Below are positions 1-12,920 of a stretch of 64,000 nt of DNA, one piece after another. The notes beneath the pieces are model-generated. The model was given only the letters and a program-made list of their open reading frames with translations. It searched no databases and was not told where the DNA came from. Positions within the stretch are counted from its first letter, which is position 1; each line of letters opens with the position of its first letter. The DNA is from Isurus oxyrinchus (Eukaryota): NCBI GenBank assembly GCA_026770705.1, contig JANJGN010000002.1:221774001-221838000 (forward strand). The letters run 5' to 3'. The translations under genes and the position numbers were made by a program.

Positions 1-3000
1 TTAGTACACTGCATAAGAATCAGAAAATGTATGATGCATGGGCTGAATCCTCTTTCCAGAATGCAAGGCAATACATTCTTAAATGCATCAACCAAGTGTG
101 TCCTCGGGTCAGTTGACGTGAACACTTTATACTCTTCTGAAAATTAGATAATTTAAACAGTTTAAATAGCTCCCTTTGTTTACTATGCCAATGAATAACT
201 GAATTGATTTTTTTTCATACAGGACAATTATTCCATATCCGCCTCACGCTGAGCCGATGTGATGGAGACAGCTTTATTATAAACAAGGCTTGTATTATTT
301 GACGAATCTTTTTGGAAGTTGTTCTCTCTACAACAAAACCACGACTTGCAAACTTATCGTTGCCTTTTTCTTCAGTGAAGTTTCACATTCAGCCTCCGGA
401 TCGTCGGCACTTTTATTCATTTTGCAAAAGTTCACCTCTAATAAGCGGAACAAATTTGTTGACATTTTGGTTTCAATTGAACCAATAATTTGCGCCTCTT
501 TAAAATCTCTGACTTCGGGGGAATTGAGATTTCATGACGGAGCCTTTGCCTTCGTGAGCACGGATCTCCAGGACAATGGACTCAAGTCTTCACCTTTTTG
601 TTTTGTTTTGTATATTTTAAGTCTCGAATGTTGACATTTAGAAAGATGAAAGGGGCCGAAGTGCCACCAACCAATACACCAAACCCCTCCTACCCAACCC
701 CCTCCCCCTCGCCTCACCTCCAACACCTTTCCTGTTCACATCTCATTCCCCAAGTAGCCCGAAGACTCCTTAAGGTCTTTTGCTGAAATTCTCTGCCGTT
801 TTCACTATAAATTCGAATCAGTGACGAGATTTATGGGAAAAATCAGTCATGTGCCGTCGAGAGTGAAGCTGTTCAATTGTGATGGTGAAAGGTTCTGGAT
901 AGACCCTCTGGGTCATTGGCCCAAATAAGATATTTGTGAGTCTCGTCCATACTTCAGAAAATGACAAACTTTCATTGCGCGCCAAGAGCAATTACCCCCT
1001 TTTCATGAAATCGTACAGAGTATTCTAATGGAAAAGGCTAATAAACACATTGACTTAAGAAAATAATCATTAGGCAAACCGTGCGTTGTGTGAGTCCTTC
1101 AGAATTTATGAGGGAGGAGTGACAGATAGAGAAACTCTTCTTGGGTAGCTTGTGTCAAAAAATATTGAAGTGCCCCTGGTTTAAGTGTAAGAGTGGGGGT
1201 GGGGTCAGTCCGTGTGCCGCATGGAATACTGGATCGAATTACATTGATAAGATTTATTTATTGGAGATCGACGTGTTCCTTCCCGGTCAACCTCTGTGAC
1301 AAAATTGCGAACGCGAAGTTCGCTTCTTGGAGGTGGGGGGGGGGGGGGGAACAATGTTCACTACAACACATTCTGATCAGTTTATGCAAGGCATTATTAT
1401 TGCAATCAGTTATAGAGTGAAGCTTACGTACACGTCGGAGGGAATCCAGGCTAACTTCCTTTTAAGTCATTTTGTATTGATTTTGTCAGCGAGTGCTTTA
1501 ATTAGCGCCACTTATTGCAGTTTCCTGCTTCACACTTATTTTGCTTTTATCACACTTACGCAAGTGTACTAGTAAGTAGTTAGAAGGGAGAAGGAGTCGC
1601 CAGGGTGCTCAGAATGGGTCCATCAGCAGCAGAGCTAATTACAGCCCCACTGACCGATCCACGTCCACGCACAAGCTGGCGCAACCCTGCGATTTTATCA
1701 AATGCATCTGCACTGGCTGTGGAGCACAACGAGGCCCCTCGGTTAACGGGTGCTCCCTCAATATTAAGAACAACTCCGGGGACAGGCGCTCCGGGCATTT
1801 AATCACGCGTTTTTTTTCTCTCTCTCAAATGCAAATACTACAAAGGATCATTTGCAATCTCCCTGCAAGAAAGCTGTCTTAGTAACTGATATTTTATTAT
1901 GCCTGATCGGGAAAGGGATATAGCACCTAGGGCCCTTAATCGTACCTGTTGTTGCTGCAACAAAAATATTATTTTTTTTTATCTAAATATGTACTGGCGG
2001 CTCAGCCAAATGTAATGAGGAATAATTATTCCGTATCCAATATACATCCAATATACATGTTAATATTTTGTTCTAAAAATTAATACAAATGAAAGGGAAA
2101 GTTACTTACCCATGATAATTAGGTGCTGGTCACTTTACCAATCATTTAAAGGAGTATAGTTTGCTCTAACTCTAAGCGGTTACTGCCTCTTTATCTTTTT
2201 TTTTCCAGACTGGTGTCCTCTGTCCTCCAAGTCTTGATAAAAACTTTTTTTTTTGGAGGGGGGGGGGGGGGGAGGGGGAGGGGGGTGGTGGATGAAATTC
2301 TGTATTAAACTGTTTCCCTCTTTACAGCCCAGTGACCTTGATCCTCTCAACACCACCTGTGCAGTTTCTGTACATGCTTGGCAACTTGTTACTGAGGCAA
2401 ATGGGGAGGGGGGGGTGGTGGGTGGGGGGCGAAAGTTGCTCTGACAATGGCTTCAAAAGGAGCAAGCCACTATTTTCTCCCATTTGTTATCTAAACGTCA
2501 GATACTGTATACCCTCCGTTAACATATAACTATTAAGCATATATGAAGAGCAGGAGAGTTCCTAAAGAGATTTCTCGTTATTCATCTGTGAAGTCGCTAG
2601 AGCTACACAAAGGGTATCAGCTGCGTTATGAAAAATGGCCCAAGCTGAGAGAATGTCACAGTGGTCGCCTTATTATTTTAGCCCTTTAAAAATCTCAGGG
2701 AAACTTCCCTTCTGATGAATTCATTTTTCTTCTCCTAAAAAAAGAAGGGCGGTAGAGATTTTCATCTGCAGCCATATAGCATGAGTGAAGATGAAAAGAT
2801 ACTATCAGCCGAAAAACAACCAGATGGTCATATCTGTGGTAGAGCTCTGCCTGCCCAAGGTAAACAGGGGCGGCAGCTGCTTTGGAGTTGGAGAAATTGA
2901 AAAGCCAGAAAATATGTTTTCAAAGACAGAGTTAGCCAGTGATCTTGGAAAACTTGTTCGGTTGTGTTATGGTTCAATGAGTCACGTTTTGATAACATTG

Positions 3001-6000
3001 CATTTGTCCTTTTCCACTGTCATCTAATTCCCTACGATGTAACAATTCAACGATTGAAAATGTTTCTTGTTTTGGTTTGGTAAATTAAGAGGAAAGAAAT
3101 CAAAAATAAATGTTTTTTTTTTCCTTTCATTCGACTTTTTAAACACAATTACATGGGATAGCAACCATTTTAAATAATAATAATTCCATCTTCACAAAAC
3201 TGCTTCAGAATTATGATCGTCAATGATAAAACCTTACGGTTTAAGACCTTTAAGAGCAGTAACAGATATGGATATATAACGGATAAGTACGTTTGATTTT
3301 ATCAATGTTAGGCTGTGGAATTGCTTGCCATATTAGAAAGGAAAGTATTTAGCTCATAATTTCCTCTTCCTGTCTGATCTAAAATTACAATACTATTTAC
3401 AAAGGAGCAATGTTTGTTTTCATCGCAATTCTTTAGTAGCCGCATTACACAGCTTCAAAAAAGAAAACACAAATGTATTTCCATCTACACACAGAAAAGC
3501 AATCTATTTCAAATAACACTGTGTATATCATTGATGTAGATTACCAAATCTATTGTGCACATTTTGCTCTATATATTTGCTTTCACATTCTTGTTTATTA
3601 TTATGGCACTCAGTGTGGTCATTTTGTACCTAAAATTTCAGTGAAATCGTCTCCCCAGTATAAGATCGACAAATGCACAGAAAAAAAATGTGCAACCGCA
3701 AACACACACACACAAATAGATATAAGCAAATAAAACACAATTTCTTAAATGCCCATACAAACCGCATAAACACACTGAAAATGATTGTTTTTATTGGTTG
3801 TACGTGTGCATTCAGTCAAATTGTGGAATCAAATATAAGATTATTGTATTTAGCATAGTCTTATAAGTTTGCTTCTATAGCTTCCAGCTGAAATTATTGC
3901 TTATATACAATATATTTAGCTCACTTTTAAGTTCTGGCTATGTTACAACTATCTAATCATACTAATTTTAATGGAGCTTTATCTCAATGCCAGACTGGAG
4001 TTATACTGACAGACATAAGTTATACTGTCAACTCGCTGACTGCGGCGAGTTGCACCTAGGACACACATTAAAACCGCTAGATATAAATACTTGAGAGCAT
4101 GTGGAACCCAAGAGGCTCAGTGAAAATGTTAGATGTACGTTCGTAGGGAGCCCACTTCAAAATGTTATAACATTGAAAAGTATCTCTACAGGTCACTTGA
4201 TATCCGGTTGAAGTTACACTGCTGTCGGGTGGGAGCTCAAAGTGATGAGAGCGTCCTACAGAGGTTTTCGTAATTGCCGGTTTTAGTGCACTGGACAAGG
4301 GGAACCAAAGTTTAACCCAATAGAGCCGTGGATGTACACCGAGAACTCTGATGTCAGCGCAAAAGCATAGCATATCTGTACCCTAAGGCAACACCTGGTA
4401 ATTGAAATAAAAAATTCCATCTACTTCAGTGGCTTAGTTTCTGCTAAGTAGATCATTTCAGCTGGTAGCACCAGTTAATTCGATACTGTTTTGTCCATAG
4501 TGCACAATGCACCATATTTACAGCATAAATCGTATACTGTCACCTACTGTACAACAATGTTACTTGACTTCTACTACTCAACACTCCAAATTCAACCTTT
4601 TTGAGGACTGTCGATTACAAATAAACAGGAAAAATGTCTAAAATATACATTACAGAGAGTATACCTAATCTGTGAACACTCAAGTGCATCCGCGAATAAC
4701 GCATTGTAGAAAATAATGCGTTAGGTTAACGTGACCCCTTTTTTAATACAGTGGAATAAAACAGTTTCATTTAAATTACATTTATTTTTTCTCTACTTTT
4801 GACCTTAAAAAAATTGACTGCTGAGTGTCGGGTTTCATTTAAAGCGATATTTAGACTTGCTCCTATTGCGCATTTTGGACAGATAGGATGGATTCAAATT
4901 GAATCCAATATTTGGACGTGAGGATGTGTTGTACACATATTAGAAACAAGGGTTGAACGTCAGGTGTTTCTACATGGATGTGGCCGATTGCTTTGAAACT
5001 GCACTGTGACAATAGGAGAGCATTTACAGCACAAAAAATCTGCTGACAGCATCTTACCAAGGGCATCTCTCCTTTGTTCTGATTAAATATATTCACTCTT
5101 TCACACAGTTTCCACTAAATGCATCCGAAAGAAACAAGCTGTTTCGAAATCAACTCAAATTATCATAAAAATAATTCACTTCCGATAAATGTAGAGTGTA
5201 TGTAGATGTCATTAAGCAGTGAGTCTTACGCATTAACCAGTTAGTCACCAGTTAGTTAGTGTTAATTTTATGTGTTGATATGGGTAGAATAATTTAGGTA
5301 AACAGCCTGCGAATCTCCGAGGGGTGGCTGTAGAATTCTGTGATGTCACCATTTAGCCAGTCACACCTGATGATATTGTTCGTTTCGTACAGGTGTTCAA
5401 AATTCAACACTCTGATTGGCTGTAAACTGTAAATAGATGTATGTTTTGTCCCTTTCTGTTATATTTTATATATAGCAAAAATATTGATATTTAACACAGT
5501 TTTCATGGTTCCACAATAAATGTAACTGTTCTACAAAAAGCAGGAAACATGCAATATATATATTATATCGCCTGCATAAATATAATGGACAATTAATGAG
5601 CAGCTGATTGAAACCTGAACATTCTGTTAGGACACAGAACATTATTTTCTTCTTTGTAATCGATTATAACCAGGTATTTCAATTTGATATTGTGCAATGA
5701 TGCGCAGAATTGCAGTTGCTTGCGATGAAAGAGAACATGCATCTATGTATGCATTTTTTCATATCGTGTATTGATTACCTTATATTACACAAGAGTCGAC
5801 AGAGGGAGCCACAGTGAAATTGCATCCAGCTCACATGCTTGAAAAGATTTTTATGCAGATAGATTAAAAGTTCTATCTTTGACAGGTTGAAAGCAAGCTG
5901 CCATTAAGAAATAAAGTGAACAGATTAGCTTTACTACGCAGGTATGGCCCTGACTGATTTTATGCATTCTGCCACAATTGCCAGCAGTGAGCAACTTAGG

Positions 6001-9000
6001 TCTCCACAGTCAACATTTTCGCCCGCATTCTGTCACGCACATTAATTGCCCCATAAATTAAGATATAGTGTGCATAATATAAAGTAACAATATGCTTATA
6101 TTCCACGTGTACGACTTAATTAAGCTATTTGCAGCCTGATGCTGTAAGTCAACGGGTGTGCAAGTGGATTAACAATATACTGTCCTCATATTCTCAGGAT
6201 GGTGCATAATTACTTTACTGGCGGCACATATCAATTTTTGATGATTACAGAACACATGCTCCCTTTACCAACATGCACTTTAGCAATTCTCCTCTGTGTA
6301 TTAAAAGTAATTTCTTGTTTGGGAATAAATAGAAGACTCTAAAAACAAACGGTCAATGCAATTGGAATTCGAATTTTTTTTTAAAATCTCGCGTGCATTA
6401 ATTTTGCATTCGCCCACTGTTTAATTTATACTCTAATTATTTTATTGTGTTTTGTTCCGTGCTATTTAATCAGTGTGGAACAAAGTGCTTCATTTACGTT
6501 TGAGAGGTTTTGGCCACCATAAACCTTTGGCGCCGTCAAACATGCTCAAGAAGGTGAGTTTGATACAGGTAACTACTTTGACACAAAGTATATCCTCACA
6601 TGGTATAGTGATTTATTTAGTACAGAAGGAGATTAATAATTTAATGGAGGCGCTTACTTTTCCTTCTTCTCAACTGGATCGCAAGAGGGGGGAATTAAAT
6701 TAAGGGAGTGTCTGGGTTCAAATAGGCACCAATGATATCCCATGTGGACCTAGCACAGGGAGGTTTGATCAGAGTCTGTCTGAATAGTCACATTACAGAG
6801 TACTTGTTTTACCACATGTTCATGAAATTTGTAAAATAAGCAATCGAATTATACCACTTGATTGCATTAGCTTCCATCCCAGTTCTTTATATCTTCTTGC
6901 CTTTGTTGCGAGGCAACAGAACAAAACTGGTTACAGAAATTGAATTACTCATAAAAATGATTGACATTGCCTGGCATTGTATTTTAATATTCATAGATTT
7001 TTGAGAGAAAAAAATTGCAACTTGCCTTATTCGCAATCAAAGTGAAAGAAATAAAATAATAATAATTGCTAACATATTTCTAAAATAAGGCATTCTAGGG
7101 TGTTTGCAAAATGGTGTTCCACGACTTCTAGATGGTTGTACTTTGTGCCTCTGATTAATAGAAGTCTGTTGTATTGCTGTTGTCTCCATGGAAGTCATGC
7201 GGGGAAGAGCAACATATTCCAACTATACAGCATGAATTTTGAGATTAAATTGAGATGAAGGGGGAAATAGTGCATATAGTGCCACAGCTGGTATATCAAA
7301 TGAATTGTAATCTAATGTTTTTGAAGACATTTGAAGCTCTAGCATTGGCCTTTTGCACATTTTTCCCTGGAAAGCCTTTCGCGTTTTTGTACCTGTAGCA
7401 GGTGACATTGACGCAGAGACATCTGAGTGACAGCGGGAGTGAAGAGAAAATCTAATAAAGCTTAATAAGCCGTGATAGCCTAGATGTCATTAAACCTACA
7501 AATAGACGCTTGAAAATAACAAAAAGGTAAATGTCTTCATTAGTTGGATCTCCAAAGACCACACAACATTTCATTAATTTATAATTTATGATTGTTTGAC
7601 AAATATTAGAAAGTATGTAAATATGGGAGACATAATGTCTTTTCTGCGGGAGACCGGAAAATGACCCAAACTGTATGATGCCTCGTAAAGTGTATAAAAA
7701 TGAATTTATGTATCTGGAACAGTAGTTTCACTTTACACAACACACCGTGCAACTAAAGTGCGAGATAGTGCAGACAAACTAACGTGAGCTATTTTCAAAG
7801 AAGGACAAGCTGTTCATCCCTTGCACATCTTACATGAGGTCGGGGATGCAAGTATTATTTTGATCCCTTTGCATCGCACCTGTCTTCACCGTATGCCTTG
7901 CATTTCTCCCTTTGATATTATACCAACATCGTCCAGGATACATAAACAACACAAGAGCTCAGTCCCGGTCACTAACTCTCTGTCACATGGAGGATGAAGT
8001 ACCAACGCATTTCGGCTTGCATCATTTGTATGTGATGTTTAAAAAAACCGTTATGTATCCAAAATACATAATATATTTTTAGAAACCACCAAATTTTATT
8101 TCGATCAATTAAAACGGTGCGATAAACATTATAGAAGACCTTGTAATATGTGCTTACATACCTGAATATATATTTATCAATCCACCCAAATAAAAGTCTA
8201 ACGATTAATTATGAATTAATCGCGTTAAAACTGAAAACGTCGGTTGTAGAATTTATGCAAAGTCAAACTGTCCGAGAATTAAATTGACAAAAAACTTGTC
8301 GTTTTAATAAGACAACTCGATGTCTATCCAATATTAGTATGATGAATTAAATGATACAGCCGTTTAGATAATAAGCTAAATCGAATTCAATTTATTTCCA
8401 ATACTTATATACAATATTCTCCTGCAAATATTTAATAATTTAATGACATTTATTGATAACTGGGTTTCGTTTGAAAAAAATATATCCTAATATGAATAGT
8501 ACGAGAGTATATATATATATGATTTTTCTGCATTTCTTTTGTGATAAATTAAATATGTCATACTTATTTTAAGAACAGTCAGTTTAGCTTACAAAAGCAA
8601 CATTGCAAATGTAACTTGTCGCCATCACCTGCCATTGGCCAATTAAGTTGTTGAACGAATTAAAACTAGCTATTCACGGTGTTACTGTAGAGATTACCTG
8701 AAATTATCACCTTAACAAAACCCACTTACCTGCAAAGTCCCGCAATAGTTTTATTCGGGATTATAAATGCGAACTGGTGAGCCAGAAAGTTAATAATTTC
8801 GCAGCGGCTTTAACGAACATAAACGAATTGCTGCGTTACTCGTTTGTTCAAATAGTTGCATTAAATCTTTAACTATGTGGTCAAATCCGATATGTTTTTT
8901 TAAAAAAAAAACTAAAACTTCAGAGTTTTTTAACCAGAGGTGCAAGAAACAATCTACGTCATACGTTGAAAATTCCCAGTTGTCCATGTAAAGGTGTAGC

Positions 9001-12000
9001 CCAGCACCCCTACCCCTGATAAACACAGTTGAGGAGGAAGTTACCTCATTGAGTAATCTCGTGAATATTTCAGTGTTCTTGGTATTAAAAGTTACACGAC
9101 GGTGACCTAGAAGAGAAGTCTTCCTACTGAGAGAGTTATAACCGCCACCCTTGTTCACCAGACATATTAAATTTGATACTTCAAGGAAATGCACACTTGT
9201 CACACTATTGAAAATCGATTTATGGCACAACAATTTAAAACATTTTACTATAGATGTTGAAATTGTTGGCGCTGTGGCCCTGCTGCTCATATGTAAAAGC
9301 TGCATTAAATTGTTACTTTAAAAAAATGACATAAGAAACTTGTTTCGAATGCATCTATTACCTGCATCAAATATTCTGTACTTTACAGGCGGGGTTCCTA
9401 AAAGAGGCAAAAAAAAAATCCAAAGTTCTGTGCAGTCGATTTTTAAAATATATCAGAGGTCTATTTTTGCTTAATAAAGGATGTCATATTTTATCAACCA
9501 TCTGATTTAATTATTTGTGCAACCGACATGTCCATGTAACGATTAACTATTAGTTTGTCCTCTCGATAGAGGAGAATGAAGGTCACTTCAAAATGCAGAA
9601 GGAGCAGAATTTTGACGCATTAAAACAGCAGGGTAGAGGCCCCTCGTATTGTCGTACTGTTTGTAGTGTTTGTGAACAGATATAGTGTTACACCCTAGAC
9701 ATGATATCGTTTTTTTTTTGCATACCTTATAAAATGGTGACCTACACTGGCGTATGATGTACGGAAGGAAGTGTCAGCCTAACTTAAACCAGACTTCAAT
9801 GGTCTAACTTAATCATGTTCAATTAATGTAGTAGGTGCAACATCTCCGCGAACCGTTTTATTACCACCTTATCCATTTTGAAACTTTAACTAAATACTGA
9901 TGATCAATTCCAGGTTCTGAGAATGTAATTTTAATAGTCAAGTGGCCTCGGTGTTGTTTATTTCAATTCTTTCTCAGAGTAAGCACGGAGGATTTCCATG
10001 AAACTTGTTGCTGAACAGACTTTTTGGACTGTGCTGACGTCTAGGTAATATTACAAGCACCCGTTCTCCCTCGACATCATAAGTTGCCCGTTCGAATGTA
10101 ATCGTTTAAACACACTTAATGGAGTTCACCTATCCTCAACCCGCCTCGGTCATCATTCATTCTCTGTTCCGCATATCTTCGAATTATAATTTACTTGGAG
10201 CTTTCTACTTCCTCATATCAGTGACATTTCCCCTGGTGCAATCTCATTCTTTGAAACAACCATTGTGGTTACAGGAGATTATGTTGGATTGTGGTATGCC
10301 AGTTTGTAAAATAAAATCGAATGGGTGCAGCACACTTCTCTGTTACACAATATTTATTATTTGTTTGTTACCTCAGGTTTTTTTTTCTTAATTGTCAAAC
10401 AAGTGTGACATGGAAATTATTGTATAGCAACATTGCGCTCAAATAACAGCGGAAAAACTGGGGGACACTTTTGTCTGCACTGGGACAGAGTGGCACTCGT
10501 TTTGTTTTCGACGGTAGGGTTTTGATGACTGAAAGTACCTACATAAAACAAACTTTCCTGCAGTGTTAGTTTCTTTCCTATCGTCATGCTTCCTTCGAGA
10601 CTGCCAGATGATTTTAAAAGACAAAAAAAAATGATAAATAGCGTCGAAGAACTAATCGCTGGAGGGCGCGTTTACCAATTCATAATCATTTGTTCTTGGT
10701 GATGTATGACCCTTTCTGTTAAATCTGAAAAGCTTCCATTTGAAGGTGTAAATAGCTTTTTTCTTCAGTAAACCTTGCTGCATTAGACGTGATTGATCTG
10801 ATGTACAATTTGTCCCAGAGTGCCATTTTAGAGGGAGAACACAGGTTTAGGAAATTAACAGGCAACCCTGTTACATATTAATGAAGTCGAGAGATACACT
10901 AACGTGGCGCTAATTTAGTTAGTTGTTTCTACTGCAATCGCCCTTATTTGGGTTGCATTAGACCCCCGTGGTTGTTGCACACTGAACTGAGAAAGTAAGT
11001 TGCGATATCTTTCCAGAACAACTGAACACCTGATGCACAAAAACAAATATTGACTTGTGCTCTATAGGTTGATTTCCTGCTTGAGATGCTAGAGTTCCAA
11101 AAGATGGAAACGCATTTACTACTGCAAGATAATTTGGACTAAAGGCAGAAAAAAAAACACGCACAAAAGAAGCATATAAATAGAACAAAATATCTGTGCA
11201 CTGTTCTAATTAACCTGAGCACAGCACTTGGAGACAGAAGTAGGCAGTAGATCGTTCTTGTTAGCACCTTTCTGTTTGTTTATGTTATTCTGCCTGGACA
11301 ATCAGAGTATCACAAGCTCCTTTAACTATAATATTTTAAAAGTATTCCTTACAATAAACCAAAAGGTGGTGAGTATCATTAATCACACATCTTTGATTTT
11401 CCCTCCATTGCATGGATGCATATCTATCCACGTACTGCCGGTTATCAAACAAATGCCTGCCTTTTCACAATTATTGATCATTTCAATGATTCTATATTTT
11501 CACTTCATGACTGACATATAATTTTGTTACATTCCCCCTTGGTCTTTTGATAACCTCGAACAACCCGGGGTCACTCAGCTTGTAACCTTTGCTGTTTAGT
11601 TCCAGAACACTTAATTACAGCTGATCCTGAAGGGATGTTCAGAGCCACCCCTTCCGGAAGAAAAAAAGCCTTCATAAATATCCGTGGTGAATCTACTTAC
11701 ACAAAGAAACCCCTTTCCTGAAAAAAAAATCTTGATTGCACATTTATTGGCATGGAAGTGAATACACTGACATAATTAAATAATAATGTGTTCAAACCAA
11801 ACACATAACAGCCACTGTATTTTGTAAGGATTGTGTTTCCCTGTGTAGGGTATGATGAACCGTCAGATGTTGCACTGACTAGGAGTCAGTACTGGGAGAA
11901 TATAGTTGGAGGCACTTTTAAAAAAAAACGTCCCGGGTATGTCCCGGCAAGTTTAAGGAAACAACGGATTGTGAGCTACGATTTTCCTTCACATTTTAAG

Positions 12001-12870
12001 TGTTTTTCCTTCGGGGCCCAAGAGAAAAGCCCACCGAGATGAGTAATTTTAAAACAAGTTGTCGAACACTGGTGTGCGAAGCCTGTTTACAGCCCCTTAA
12101 TCTTTTGTATGTACAGATAAGAGTTTCTCTAAACCTCACGTTTTAATCAGCGCGATTATTTAAACACAAAGTGATGAGTCAGCTTTGACAAAACAACGTG
12201 TGATATTTGTGAAAATGTTCTCTTCCTCAAACTGCCCACCACTGGTATTCAAGGTTATGTTCATTTAAACGTCACTTTCAATCAAGTAACATACAACAAT
12301 CTTCCTTGTATTCTACAGCCTTACAAAACCGTGAATGACTTTAAATGTTTCCCAAGAACTTTTGTTTTCCTGCCGATTTATGTTCTTTTTACAAAATACG
12401 TTTTGGAAAGTGATTTAAAAAAAAAGATTTGGAAACGTTGTTACAAAGAAAGGACAAATTAGAAGAAATTTTCTGTGATCAAAGGAGGAACAGAAAAGCA
12501 AGTATGGGCATTCAGGACGCTTGACTTATTCAGACAACTGCTTTGGAAAAGAAGGGCAACAAGCGTGTCTTATATTCAAAAGACGGTTCTATTCATAGTG
12601 CAGGTGCGAAATAGTGTGGCACATTCTGCCACATTATGTAAAGGTTGTTAGAGATTAGTGTTCAGACTTAATAACTAAGGCGCTTGATTTACATTGTAGA
12701 AAGCCTCTTCATCCGTGAAAGCAAAATAATTTAACGCGTGATCATTTGGAGTGCGGCTGATACCCTAATACTTTTATTGTGTTTTAAAACTGCTGGAGGA
12801 CTTTCCATCGCTTCTTTAGAAACCTATAATTTACACCCGCTGCACAAATCTTAGAAATGAGTATTGACAC

Positions 12871-12887
12871 TGTGTGAGTGCATGTGC

Positions 12888-12919
<32 letters not shown>

Positions 12920-12920
12920 C
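12871..12920 (+). repeat. Compound (TG)n(AG)n microsatellite
   Basis: tgtgtgtg...gagagaga. Confidence 0.85.

Noticed and set aside
3995-4035. Small direct and inverted repeat (AGTTATACTG x2; TGACAG/CTGTCA)
   Set aside because: Too short to distinguish from chance or a local slippage duplication.
8790-9305. 171-aa minus-strand ORF
   Set aside because: No domain similarity, splice context or codon signal; consistent with chance.
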